From the NCBI RefSeq assembly GCF_006345805.1, contig NC_043004.1, positions 106,144,001 through 106,208,000 on the forward strand: a stretch of DNA of 64,000 nucleotides. Direction: 5' to 3'. Position numbers and translations under genes: made by a program. Origin of the DNA: Octopus sinensis. Its lineage: Eukaryota. Every line of letters starts with the position of its first letter. Positions within the stretch are counted from its first letter, which is position 1. The notes under the pieces are model-generated. The model searched no databases. It was not told the DNA's origin and worked only from the letters and a program-made list of their open reading frames with translations. Of this stretch, positions 63,540 to 64,000 are shown in pieces.

Positions 63540-63898
63540 TCTGTGTGGTAAGAGGTTTGCTTCCCAACTAGATGATTTCAGGTTCAGTCCCCCTGCATGG
63601 TGCCTTAGGCAAGTGTCTTCCACTGTAACCTCGGGCTGACCAAAGCCTTGGGAGTAGTGGTAGTCAGAAACTGAAAGAAGCTGGATGTGTGTGTGTCCTC
63701 CACCACTGCTTGATAACCGGTGTTGATGTGTTTACATTTCCATAATTTAGCGGTTCAGCAAAAGAGACTGATAGAATGAGTACCAGGCTTCACGAAAAAG
63801 TGGTTAGTACTGTGGTTGATAAGTTCGACTAAAATTCTTCAAAGCAGTGCCCCAGCATGTCCACAGTTTAATGACTGAAAAAAGTAAAAGGTAAAGAT
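63540..63898 (+). mobile_element. SINE family 1 with tail A
   Basis: Colinear with 38567-38960. Confidence 0.85.
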
Positions 63899-64000
63899 AA
63901 AAACTTAGCATGAAGTAGAATCATCTCCAATCTTTCTCCAAATAAGGCAATCTTTTATGACAATTGTGCATTTGCAAACAGTGGATTTACTAAATTACTT

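Noticed and set aside
56010-64000. Next tensin exon (expected to begin A-x-S-F-P in phase 1)
   Set aside because: No acceptor followed by such a reading was found; presumably lies beyond the window

Overview
AT-rich, microsatellite-dense animal DNA, almost certainly octopus/cephalopod. This assignment is inferred from recalled repeat families, not from a database search. About 99% of the window is intron. Three small + strand exons (2904-2942, 35105-35160, 55941-56008) splice in compatible phase to KNDFLTQTILPEA-LASPTSEENMSDLRNIITK-SQESAGEDRLVLDLTYVMERII(A). This is the start of a tensin/PTEN-type phosphatase domain, most likely tensin, and the gene continues beyond both window edges. None of the ORF-track ORFs looks like a real gene. 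The rest is tRNA-derived SINEs (several families), decayed RTE and CR1/L2-type LINE 3' ends, piggyBac, hAT, Tc1/mariner and Mutator-like MITEs, a solo LTR and a Penelope-like fragment. The most unusual signal is in that Penelope-like fragment. It carries a complete hammerhead-ribozyme core (AUC cleavage triplet, GAAA, CUGAUGA, perfect 6-bp stems I and III) whose three strands are in a non-circularly permuted, pseudoknotted order (minus strand, 25179-25240). The window also shows one SINE head carrying two alternative 3' tails, with a matching LINE remnant for each tail present. Repeat boundaries were read by eye and are approximate unless TSDs/TIRs are quoted.
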